A stretch of 63,765 bases of DNA, counting the filler, from Folioceros fuciformis (lineage: Eukaryota): NCBI GenBank assembly GCA_049999805.1. It is 5 parts of 3 records of this genome, joined end to end, with 100 filler letters (N's around TTAATTAATTAA, not from the genome) between each part and the next. Parts side by side here need not be neighbours in the genome. Positions count along the whole stretch, not along the records: positions 14,575 to 41,774 come from JBNGIO010006257.1; 4 more parts are not named here. One strand, given 5' to 3'. The notes under the pieces are model-generated. The model was not told where the DNA came from, made no database searches, and saw only the letters and a program-made list of their open reading frames with translations. Each line of letters opens with the position of its first letter. Position 1 is the stretch's first letter. Positions 24,176 to 38,920 of the stretch are shown here, piece after piece. The translations under genes were made by a program, and so were the position numbers.

Positions 24176-24505
24176 ACTTCTACAAGTGTGTAATCTGTCT
24201 GTGAAACAGTAAGGTCCATTGCCGAGGAGTGATTGTAAAATAGTTTCAAGACAGCGCACAAAGATGTGGCAAAGGATATCATATTTCCAGCTCTCAGTAT
24301 CAACTGACTTTACTGAAATGCCGAATAGGTGCGATGAGGGCCAAAAACAGAGACTTGCAGATCATTATCAGAGACTCCTGGTGGGAGAATCCGATGCAAC
24401 TGCCCTGTACTTCCACAGTCGATCTACACCAATCCCGGACGAGCAGGTTCAACCACCTAGTTAACTGCCCAGCGGACCAACTAATGATACAACACATTCG
24501 CGTTT

Positions 24506-27466
<2,961 letters not shown>

Positions 27467-28060
27467 GGCTCTCCCCGCCCGAAATCACTGCACAGATCTG
27501 AGCCCACGATTCTCCACACCTGATCCGCAAAAACCACAGCACAGGAAACCGCCGCACCAGTGCTATAAGGCAATGCGGTGGATCCACAGCTGCAGCTCGC
27601 AAATTCAGGCCACGCCTATTGCAAACCTGGATCTACTGGCGAGCGACACACGAAACAGGAAGAAGGCAGCAAAAGGTTGGTGTGTGCTGGTGTGAGGAGG
27701 ACGCACCTCGCTTTGATTTTGCTGCAGCAGATGTTTAAATTACTAAACTTTTATGCTTCCTTCCCCATTTAACAGTTGTAAACACTTATTTTCTTACTTG
27801 ATCGATCGATTGATTGACTGCCTCCGTCTTGCTACGTGGCCACCACAGGGCACATGTCACCCGCAGGGTTGCGAGCCAGCCTTCGAATGCTCGTGTCAGG
27901 AAGAAGACCATTTTTTTTCGCCCCACCGATGTATGATGAAGCGAATTTTACGTCTCGAAACAAAGCTATCTAGTCCGATTCCCCGAATTATTCCGGTTTG
28001 GTGACCTCTGGAAATCCGCGTGGGGAGGATTGCTCAGACACGTGCGAGATCGCCATCGCC

Positions 28061-28360
28061 ATGGGCCTCTTCGGGCGCGGGAAGAAGGATGGCGCGGCTG
28101 CGGGGAAGCAGAAGGAAGTAGCGGCGAAGGCATCTGCGCCGCCACAGCAGCAGCCGCCTGAGGCTGCTCCAGCCAAGCCGGAGCCTGTTGCCGCCATGCC
28201 GGGCGAGACGAGCGTTTTCGAGTTCGGATCTGCTAGCAGCAGCGAAGATCGGATCACTCTGGCAGGCTACTGTCCGGTGTCCGACGAGCTGGAGCCGTGC
28301 CGGTGGGAGATTCTGCCGTCTGGTGGAACCGAGGCTCCGAAATTCCGCATTATCTTCTAA
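28061..28360 (+). CDS. Small plant protein of unknown function (99 aa, single exon)
   Basis: C-terminus VFEFGS..ITLAGYCPVSDELEPCRWEILP..APKFRIIF recalled as conserved in plants; strong GCCATGG start context. Confidence 0.8.
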   Translation: MGLFGRGKKDGAAAGKQKEVAAKASAPPQQQPPEAAPAKPEPVAAMPGETSVFEFGSASSSEDRITLAGYCPVSDELEPCRWEILPSGGTEAPKFRIIF

Positions 28361-29847
28361 TCTTTGTGGAGGAATCGGAGGCTTTTCGATCCGGTTGGAG
28401 TAGGTTGAGCATGTTGAATCGGTGCTGGTGTACCGCATGCCCCCGTGTTGGTTTCTTTCAGCTTCCGGCTGAGCCATGTGAAAGCCTTGGGAAGGATTTC
28501 ATCACAGTTTTGGAAGCGAACCGCAGTTTTGACACGCAGAACTTACGGATTACAGTCTAGATGATTGTTTTCAGAGTCTTTCTCGCCTTGTGTGATGTTT
28601 GGCTGCAGAGGCAAATTTGTTTGTAGATGGTGTTTACGTTGTGAGGGTTGTATCCAACGATGAGAGGCAGCAGTCACTTGGTCTCACGTGCTGTGTAGAT
28701 AACTGCCGTTCTAGTTTACGAAGCACGAGGTTCCATCTCCCGGATGCTCAGCATGCCTTACTATTCGCTCTGTTCTGCGGAGGGCACCTGTGTTTGTACG
28801 TGTTTTTCCACCAAGGCAACCTGTGTGGCAACGTGTTTTCCCACCAGGGCACCTTTGAACGTGTTTTCCGCTAGGTTAAAGGTTACGAGGACAGCCGCGT
28901 TCAAAGAGCCATAACCCAGGTCAGCCGCACACCACAGCATACATCTCATCAGAGCACATCGGCCAACCGCGCTGGTGATCCATCCTCCGGCCGAACACCG
29001 CATCAGTCCTCATCAGGATAGAAACAGTATATATGTAGGCCAACCGGTGTGGCACATTTAGCTAGGTGCTTTGCAAGCATCCATCTAGTTGTAACGGGAT
29101 TTGCTTATCAAGCGTATCAAACGTATCAAAGAGTCCTTGAGTTCTTGTGTTTTTAGGGTTCAGGTCTGGCAAAGTTCCGTCAACCTCGGCGGCTCTCTGG
29201 AAAAAGGATTTTAGTGTTTATTTTACATGAGCTCAGAAGATCATGTGTCAGCGGTTGATCGGAAGCGGCCCAGCGGAATACGGTGTGAGGGAGCGCCGTC
29301 TGAGAGGCGGACAACGGCAACTCGAACTGCACGGTACGGAGCTGGGTCGCCTACTCTGCACCATGTGCCTACATTCTGCGCTCTGCTGCCGCTGTGAACG
29401 CCGGGCGAGCTGATGTGTGGATGACGGCATGGCTTCATTGTGTTGCTGCAGATTCTTCGGTGTTAAGGGTTTACTTCGCAATGAGCAGGGATGGAGCCTG
29501 AGCAGCAAGTGACGCGTAGGTTTGGAGGAGGAGAGGGAAGGTAGTTTTTGGGTTGCGGTGCCATCTCCACTTGTGGAAACCCCATATACCGTGTAGGAGG
29601 CGGCTGCCCGCTGTGGTTCTGAACTGTTGCCTCGGTAGCGGGCATAAGAGACTTGTCTGATTCAGTACTAAGTAGTGGTGCTTATTGGTAGGGTCTAAAA
29701 GAGTGTAGAGAGTCCGTGCCGTAGAGAAATTGTGGCAGAGGGAATCAGATAAGCGGCAGTGCATCTGTTTCTTCTTTGTCAGCAGAGTTGTGTGTCTAGA
29801 AGACGTAGGGTCAAGGACAAAATAGGTGAAGAAAAGGGGTGAAGGGT

Positions 29848-31871
29848 ATGAACAAGAGGATGGATCGTCGGCAGCAGGGCCGTCGGCAGCTTGGGCGAGC
29901 TGGGGTTGATCGAGTGGGTCAGGTGCCTCGAGGGACGTTTTTGAACCACTCCCAGCCGCCCACGATGCGCTCGCAGCTAGCTTCCCCGCCTGTGGACCAA
30001 CTGAATACTTACATGGAGCTTACTCGACAGGGCATCTTGCAGGGACCGGCAATGAGAGGGACGCACATTCCTGCTCTGGGTCCTGCTTTCCCCCATCCCC
30101 TTCCGCTACTGTCCTCTGGTCAGGGATTTTACACAGTGGAGTCTCTGCAGGGTGCAACGTCTGTTCCTCCTGGGGTTCTTCCTCCCCATTCACCCCTTGT
30201 TGCTCAAGAAGGACCAAGAGTGATGGGCTTCGGTGCACCAACTGTGCGGCAGGGATATGACTCCGGCATGGGTAACATGCACATGATGGTGAATCCGCTC
30301 CTAGGTCATGAAATGTTGGCAAATGGACACCCTCACCCCGGGTCACCTCTGGTTGCCGTCACCTCCAGACCTGAGCAGGGCCTCTTGGGACACATGTTTG
30401 CACATGGTCCGCCACAGCACCCTCACCTCCCTCATGTGCCTTTAGGCTTTCACCCTCGATCCTCTTCTGGTCCAGGCCCGATGTATGGCTGGCCTCAGGG
30501 ACGCGATCACGGGGAGGGGTGGGGAAGGGATAGAGGTGGGGGGCGTGACTTAAAAGCTGATTGGAATCATAGACATTGGGATGGGCACCGTGAATCTCGG
30601 CAGGTTGAGGTCAGTTGATTTTTAGTCTGTCACCTTGGTTTCTGTTTAGTGTCAATCTTGGGGAGTTTGGGATATGACAGCCTAATCGATGCGAGCAGAG
30701 ACGAGTGTTGTCCGGTTGCCCTAGGTCCATATCAGTAGAGAGGGCTTCATGATCTGCAATCTTGTATTGTTTCTTGTGCTTTCATTTTTTTTTTATGTAC
30801 GTTCTGCTCTGCACTCTCACCCTATCTTTGCTCAACGTGATTATAACGCGCTTTAATTGTGTTTCTCTTTTTTATTGTACAAGGGTTAGCTATGACATGT
30901 GCTCATGGCCGCTTTCATTGCGATCGATTGTCCTGTTGCAGAGGCCTTTCATCAAAAAGGGGCGTCTTAACAAGCGAAATGAGCAATCCTCCCCACCTGC
31001 CAAACAATCTGTTCCAAATGGTAATGACAAGAAACGGAAATTTCCGAATGCACCTGGACCTGGAGGACCAGGCTGGTGCACACTTTGTGAGCTTGAGTGT
31101 AGTACAGCAGAGATGCTCCAGCAGCATAGACAGGGCAAGAGGCACAAGCGCAACTTGCAGAAAGTGGAGAGTGATGCAGATGCTGGTAAGGACAAGACCA
31201 ATAGTGCAAACAGTTCTGCCAAAGGAGTGACATCTGAAGGGGATGTGTCAACTGGGCCATCTGCGCATGATGCTGCAGATACAGGGTGTGGTACTAGGGC
31301 CAGAGTAGACGCAGAATCCCAAGACCCTCCTTCAAAGTCCCTGTTTCGGCCTGTCAGTGATTCAAATGACGGCACTCCAGAGCTCAGCACAGCATCGGAG
31401 GTGGAGCAATCAAGCAAGCCAACTGAGCTGGATCAGGAGGAAATGGTTGAGGCAGATCATCAGCCTAGGGGTAATACCGTTGTGGAGAAGAACGGCAACA
31501 CTGATTTGGGAACACACGGACATCGTGATCTTGGGGAGAAAGATCTTGGTATTGGTGAGAATGCACACACTGATGTGGGTGAAAATGGTCACTCTGCTAT
31601 GGGAGAGATCGGTCAGGTGGATCTGGCAGGAAATGGTCATACGGATCAGGGGGAACGCGCCCAAGCGGATAAAGGGGCAAGGAATGATGTTGGCCTTGGA
31701 CAGCATACAGATCAGGAGGTCAAGTTGGATGTGGAGCAAAGGGGAAAAGTTGATCTTAACCTGGATGTCCAGGCTCATGTTGATCCTGTTGAAGGCGCTA
31801 AGACTTCTGAGGAAAGAAAAAATTTTGTCAGTCGTGAGGAAGTAGTTGCTCCTGTGGAGAACGCAATCTGA
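29848..31871 (+). CDS. Pro/Gly-rich protein with U1/matrin-type C2H2 zinc finger; exons ~29848-30609, 30942-31871
   Basis: WCTLCELECSTAEMLQQHRQGKRHKRNL; phase-0 intron GAG|GTCAGT...TTGCAG|AGG joins two long ORFs. Confidence 0.8.
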
Positions 31872-32997
31872 AGAGACCGTATGAGGCAATTGAAGGTACC
31901 AGAGAGTGCGTACTAACCATGGGTTCCAAAAAATACAAGGATAACCGGGTGGAGTAGGAAACTGGAGCGCTTGAGCCAGGAACAAACAGTGCCATGTGAG
32001 CAGCAGCGTAGCTTACCCACCATTTGTACCATGCAGTAGTCCGCGAAGGCAGATGCTGTTTCTCCTATCGTCAAGGTGACAAAAGACCCAGCAATCAGAT
32101 GCAACGGCATGTTGCCTCCTTCATGTATATAAGAAGAGCTTGGATATAAGCACAGCCATCCAACGTCGGAGGAGGTGTTTCTATTAATTAAAGATTGTGC
32201 ATGGTGGCCAATTTTTGAAAGCATTCATGATAGGGAGAACTCTAGATAATAGGAGCTGCTTTGTGAACACAGATTTCGGTTAATCCGTTGGGCAATGTCA
32301 GACTGGGCAGGGCAGATTGCGTCAACTTTTGTTGGACAGCCCATTCTTGTTGCCCGATCCGTGTGGAATTTCCACTGGTGCAAGCAACATGGTCGTTGCG
32401 TGTGGTACTGAAGTCCTGCAATCACTTTCCAGTGTGTCCAGGGACGAAAAGAGCGCAGCAGAATGTTTTTGCAGAGTTGTTGTCTTCTTTGTAGAATCCG
32501 ATGTATCAGCTTTTTCTTGTTGGCTCAAAACGTGGACGTAAATGGGTGAAGGTGGCAGGTAGGGGGTAGCTGTACCTGTTTCCTCCTCGGCGATAGTGAC
32601 CATCTGTGTGGCGCCGGGTTAGGGCGTCCGGGCGGCATTTCCCAAACGGATCGACTGGTGCAGAGCGCGTCCGCTCCGTATGGACTGTTCTTGCATGCAA
32701 ATCGGCACGCGTACTCGCGGCTTCCTTCCCGTTGTCGCAGCTGCTCCCGCAAGAATTGATTTAAGAGGGCCCAGCAGACTGCTTTGGAGCGATCGCGGAT
32801 ACCTCGATCTCGCAGGCCCCGATGCGGCATGCTTGCGACACTCTTGAGGGCTGCCTTCCCGTAAAAGCTTTGACCGCCATCCCTTCTGACACAGGCGTGC
32901 TCGAGTCTCTTCCAGTCGCGCGGCTTTCGCGAATTCGCAATTTCTGTTGAGCGCAAATTTTGAACCAGGAAACACACCTGAGTGATTTGCGTGCGCC

Positions 32998-34875
32998 ATG
33001 GCGACAACCATGGCTGCCCGTGCTGCGCTGGCGCCTCCCTTTGTGTCGTCTTCTTCGAGCTCCTCTAGCTGCCAGGAGAATCGCAAGGCGCATACTGTGG
33101 TCAAGACAAGTCTGAAATCTTATTTTCTCGGTTGCGATGTCCGTGTTCGGGAAGGACAGGCACCTGCTGTGCCGAACTCAAGACGGAGGAGTGGCCACTC
33201 TCACAAGGCATTTGCATCCGCTTCGGAACTCATTTTGGAGAAGCCTGCAACCAAGTCGGATCTGGTGAGTTGATGTTGGTGCTGGTACCGTGCGGCAGAT
33301 TGTTGTTTGGAATGGCTACCGGAAGCCTTAATTGTAGCGCCGTGCTGGAGTCCGTGTGCTTGAGGAGCATGTCAATTTCTTGAACATTGAAGCGTAATAC
33401 TATTTGGTAAGAGTCGTTGTGCACAGTGTGAGCTGAAATGTTGCTGCATGCAGGAGAGTTTACTTTCTAGGATTGTTGATTACGTGAAAAGAATCACAGA
33501 ACAGCTGCCGCTAACTAGATTCTTGCTCGGGACAAAAGAGATCCATGGTGATGACAAAGTATGGCCATTGGCGGGGTCATCTCCATGGCAATAGCATTGT
33601 GATTGCGTTGGTATCTGTGTGCGGAGTGAAGTTTTTGCTTCTGAAGGCTGTACTTGGGAGGTCGAGGCATATTCTACGAAGCAGGTTTGCCGCCTGACGA
33701 GTTTGTGTCGATTGTGTTTGTTGGCAGCTCGTGACCAAGGAGGAAGGTCTTCTTCTGTACCAGGATATGGTTCTAGGGAGAACATTCGAAGATATGTGTG
33801 CCCAGATGTACTACCGAGGGAAGATGTTCGGTTTTGTGCACCTTTACAATGGGCAAGAGGCTGTGTCCACTGGTTGTATCAGTCTGCTTAAGAAGACTGA
33901 CTTCGTTTGCAGCACCTATAGAGACCACGTGCATGCTCTGAGTAAGGGGGTTCCACCACGTTTGGTAATGGCTGAGCTGTATGGAAAGAGCACTGGCTGC
34001 TGCCGCGGTCAAGGAGGCTCCATGCACATGTTCTCGTCCGAGCATGGCCTGCTAGGAGGCTTTGCTTTCATCGGAGAGGGTATCCCGGTCGCTACTGGCG
34101 CCGCGTTTACCACTGTCTACAAGCGTGAAGTATTGAAGGACACCAAAGCGGATGCTGTGACGATGGCTTTCTTCGGGGACGGTACTTGCAACAACGGTCA
34201 GTTTTTTGAGTGCCTGAACATGGCTGCCCTATGGAAGCTGCCTATCATCTTCGTTGTGGAGAACAATCTATGGGCCATTGGGATGTCCCACCTACGAGCA
34301 ACTTCAGATCCGGAGATCTGGAAGAAAGGACCTGCATTCGGCATACCTGGTTACCATGTGGACGGCATGGATGTACTGAAGGTGAGAGAGGTTGCTAAGG
34401 AGGCTGTCGAGCGAGCCCGGAGGGGAGATGGGCCTACGCTGATCGAGTGCGAAACCTACAGGTTCAGAGGACACTCCTTGGCTGACCCGGATGAGCTCCG
34501 TGCCCCTGGTAGATGTTCCTTCTTCTCACCTTTGACACAAATGTGTTTCCTTCTGTTTGACACCTCCTAACTTGCGCTTGTAAATTGCTGTATGCAGCTG
34601 AGAAGGCCCATTACGCTGCTAGGGACCCTATCGTTGCTCTTCGTGAGTACCTTCTTCAAAACAAAGTTGCTTCTGAACAAGACCTGAAAGCCATTGACAA
34701 GAAAATTGAAGAGGTCGTGGAGGATGCGGTTGAATTTGCAGACGGGAGTCCCTTGCCTGTCAGGAGTCAGCTTCTAGAGAATGTGTTCGCAGATCCCAAG
34801 GGATTTGGCATTGGTCCCGACGGTAGGTACAGATGTGAAGAGCCTGGATTCACTGCTGGCACCGCCCAGGTCTGA
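32998..34875 (+). CDS. PDH-E1A: Plastid pyruvate dehydrogenase E1 alpha, copy 2; exons 32998-33264, 33728-34508, 34598-34875
   Basis: Same motifs and intron positions as copy 1; different transit peptide. Confidence 0.97.
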
Positions 34876-37800
34876 GACCTTCAGCCGAAATTCTGGCTTG
34901 AAGATTCATCGTTGGAACCGCATCAATGAGACCCGGAATAGGTAGTACTTTGAGAACTGATGTTCTCACAACTCTGAGAGCGCAACGCATTGATTCCTTA
35001 CGCTCGATTAAGCCTCGGCGCTTACACGTGGATGAAACAAGCATGGCATGATCATTTCCTCACCCCATTCTTGTCACCAATATCTACATAATGCACTCGA
35101 ACAATTATGAAACCAGCTTTGTAGTTCATGAAACTAGCTTTGCAGAAGCTTTGGTGATTCTGCGCAGAACGGCACTGGTGACAAGCATCGCAGTCTCATC
35201 TACTGCATACCCTTTGCCCTGTTTCTTTATGGCGCGGCATCGGCGCCGCCGTATCGGCGCCAACCTCGTACAGGCTACACAGCAGCAGTAAGCTGATGAC
35301 CGAGTTGCACAGGGTTGTTGTTACATGCAATTGCCACTTTCGCGAGCTCAACACACTTGCGACTACAGCTACTCTACGGTAAGCGCGGGGAAGGAGGGAG
35401 CCCGTTAGGTCAATTTGTGTTCACAGAAACAGAAGATGTTTGCGGCGTATGCTGGCTCAGAGTCTCATCTTCCTCTGGCAGATGGTTAGACTTGGTGGCC
35501 CTAGTGCCAGATTCCTCAGCATCGTCGCCAGCTAGCTAGCGACTGCTAAAAGCTCTGCGTTCCGGCAACTACAGTGTTTCCTCAACACTCAACAGTCAGT
35601 CGGTTCCCCGTGGATCAAGAATGCAGCAGGGCAAGAGAAGCACGTGGTGCACGGCTGGACAATATTTCTTGGGAGATGTAGCCGTACCGACAGGCGATGC
35701 TAACATCTTCAAGAGCGTCTGGACTCGAGATGTGTGTTAGTTGCGTCGACGAGGTCATGTCAAGATTTGGAAATGCAGTGCACCTTGAGCCTGAGAGGAT
35801 ATGACACGTCCTCTTATGTAAGCTTTGCTAGCTAGTCAACGATGCATGCTGTCTTGTCTGCTTTTGCAAGTCCCGACGTCTTTCATATCTCGGACACGGA
35901 TCCTCCAAGTCGCGCACGTATTGCACTGTGCTCTCATGTCTCCACAGCGAATGCAGGCACTTGATGAAGGCTCTCACACCAACACGAGGAATCCCACGCA
36001 ACATCTCCCAACCAGCACCTAACGGTGCATAGTTCCTGTAACATTTTGTGAACGGAGGTAGGCACTAGGAACTCATTATTGCTCTGCTCTCCTGAGTTAG
36101 GTGAGGGGGGGAATGTAGGTGCTACCCTCCATACCCAGGGTGAGTTCAATCGTCTGTGGTAGCAACACACCATCCGTTCGCTCGTTGTGGTGGTACAACG
36201 TGTTCACAGTTGCAACAAAGAAATGGTTCTTGGGATGTTGAACATTTTGTCACCTAACATGGGCTTTCAGTTTTTGAGCTTGCTTGTTGTCAGAGTGACG
36301 TTGGAAGTTTGATCTGCGAGAAGAAGGAAACCGTGCCGATAGGACACGGAAAGGGGAAGGGGTGGTAGATTCTGTGAAAGCAAGTTAATGCATAAGGTAG
36401 ATAGATATATACCAAGAGACGCTGCGCTTTGATGGCAAGAAGGGAAGGAAGGTACCACTGAGACACAAAAACAAGCTCGCAGAAAATCTTTCATAACGGT
36501 TGCATGATTGGTGGTAGACACGCTTGCTTCAGGCAGCGAGCATCAGATGTTGCATACCAACTGGTGCGCAAACTCCGCAGAAGCGGTGCATTCGTGTAAG
36601 CTAGCATTCATTCATGTGCTGCTGTTTGTCATTCATTGTTTGTGCTGCTGACATGCGCGATGCCGCTGCCGCTGCCGCTGGGATGCCACGTTGGGCCAGT
36701 GCAACCAGCTGGGTTGAGAGGCTGCTGTCATGGGTTCCAACTGTGACACATTTCAGGTGGGCATGAATCTTTCACCTTTTTTTGTTCTTTTTCTTTTTGT
36801 TTCCTTGCCTGCCTGCCTGCCTGCCTGCCAATTCCTGTGTTGACTGACTGACGTGGTGGGGATATTTGAATGGTAGGTAATTCATGATGCGCATGCCGTA
36901 CTTGGTTGTCTCAGGAAACTGAAAATCCCCTCAAGAAATGGATTTTCGGGTCATCATGACGGTCCCCCATTTCACTTGCGCTACTTTCCGCTACTGGTGC
37001 ACTGCACTGCTCGCCTCTTTCAGCCTGCTCCGCACTGCTCGCCCCTGCTCTGGTCTGGTCTGGTCTGCACTGCAGAGCAGAGCAGAGCAGGCAAAGCACA
37101 CACATCTGCAACACAACTTGGGGCTCCTGCACTTTCACTGACGCCGGCCCGCCCGCAACTCCGCCCCCCATCATGACCACCACATTCTACGTTGGAGCAA
37201 CAGGCAAACAAACAGTAAGCTAAGGTGGCCTCGCATGCAGCCAAAGTCGTGCATGTAGCCACTGAATAAACAAATAAATAATCATTTGCTGCGTTCCCGG
37301 GACGCTAGCTGTTGTGCTTGGAGTACATGACGGCCACAGCCCACCTCCAAGCTGCTACAACAAATCCAGAGACTTGTCAGTTCCAGCAGGCAGGTAAGCA
37401 TCTACGAAACGCAAGCCTTGTCGGCACGAGCCGATTGGAGGCGAGATGCAGCACCACCTACCCATGCTACGCAGGCCACACACAATTCGTTAACCGATAG
37501 ATAGCCCCCGGCCGGAAGTCCACCGCCGCTTGCAGCTGAACGAACGGGAGAGAGATCAAGCAGAGTTACTGAGGAAACATGCAACGGTAGAAAGGAAGGT
37601 GTAGCTAACAAGCAAAGGCATTGCACAGGTTGGTCTCCACAGTAGAATGTGATGGTAACGAAAGCCAGAACACACGCAAAACACAGGCCGATGAGAACAA
37701 GACACAAGCAAAACAAAACAAAACAAAACAAAACAAAACAAAAAAAGCATGGAAAGCAGATGAAAGCAAAACAAACTAGACAGATGCAAACAGAACACCA

Positions 37801-38096
37801 GTCTAGACCGCATGCAAGCAAGTCCAGTTCCAGAACAGAGGAAGAAGGAGGCACACAAAGCAGAATCGCAGCACGAAGCAGCGCATCGAAGCGAAGCGCA
37901 CAGCAGCACAGCGCAGCGCAGTGCAAAGCGAAGCAATTTCCTTCCAAGCCCTGGCCCAGCCTGCCTCCAGGAAGAGCACAAAGAGCGTGGTCGCAGAGCG
38001 CGATCAGAGCAGAGCAGACAGACTCCTGTCGCAGGAGCGTAGGAGCGGCACCGCGGATTCCAAACCTGAGCGACGGCAGGCATTTTTTGCAAAGAT

Positions 38097-38205
38097 CCAT
38101 GTTGAGGGGAATGAAGCCTGGTCCGAATTTCCCCTCATTCGCAAGCCACAAAGCAAGCTCTTTCCAGGGGAAACACTCGGGCCATGCTACATTCCCCACA
38201 CCTGG
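38097..38205 (-). ncRNA. MIR166: pre-miR166 hairpin; mature miR166 38126-38106, miR166* ~38195-38175
   Basis: Minus strand carries exact TCGGACCAGGCTTCATTCCCC on the 3' arm and GGAATGTAGCATGGCCCGAGT on the 5' arm; upper stem TTTCCCCT/AGGGGAAA pairs. Confidence 0.96.
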
Positions 38206-38879
38206 AGCTTGCTGTGCCGCGCTGCTCTCAGATCCGCTGCCTCCTCTTCCCTTTCCTTCCCGTCCTTTCCCTTGCCATGCCAGCCAGGGCTTTGCCTTGG
38301 CTTGGCTTGGCTTGGCCTGCCCTCCTACTCCTCCTCCTCCTCCCCCGCCTTGCCTCCCTTGCCTTGCCTTGCCTTCCCACATCCCTTTCCTTACCTTTCC
38401 TTTCCTTTCCTCGTCGCGACACACGGGCGATGGCGCGGCCCAGGTCCGCGGCAGGCAAGACCTGGCGAGCGAGCCGCAGGCGCAGGCGCGGCTTGGAGAG
38501 AAAGGCGAGGCTCAGGCGAGGCGGCGGGACGGCCGGAGGGGAGCGAGGCGCGATTCTTGAGACACGAGCGACATGGCGGGAGAAGGAGCGGGGCAAGACT
38601 GTGGACGGGCCGGGCTGGGCTCGCTCGCTCCCGGGCAAGGCCTTTGAGGCAAGGGCAAAGGCAAACAAAGGCAAAGGCAAAAGCAGAGGCTGAAGCGGAG
38701 GCCGAGGACAAGGCAAGACGAGGACCAGGCTAGCCCAAAGGCGAGGCCGGCCGACCAGCTAAAGCCAAAGGGGCAGAGAGGCAGAAGCAGAGGCAGAGGC
38801 AGTGGCCAGACCAGGCCAGGCAAAGGCAAAGGCAAAGGCGAGGCGAGCAGCAGCAGGGAGAGACACAAACACACAAAAG

Positions 38880-38920
38880 CGAAGTTGAGAGGAGGCAGCA
38901 GGCGTGCGCTATTTAAAGGC
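38880..38920 (-). promoter_or_regulatory. Putative MIR166 core promoter (TATA-like box + initiator)
   Basis: Minus strand CCTTTAAATAG (TTTAAATA 38917-38910) with Inr-like TCAACTT ~31 nt downstream (A at 38886). Confidence 0.55.

Noticed and set aside
36079-36146. miR390-like target words (CTCCTGAG, GGTGCTACCCTCC) suggesting a TAS3 locus
   Set aside because: Each matches only part of the site, the spacing is too short, and no tasiARF sequence is seen
38722-38731. GGACCAGGCT as a self-target site for miR166
   Set aside because: Only 10 nt match, and the same word occurs by chance at ~31064
37402-38733. Long overlapping ORFs (340, 303, 270 aa) on both strands
   Set aside because: They are translations of simple repeats overlapping the MIR166 hairpin, with no domain content
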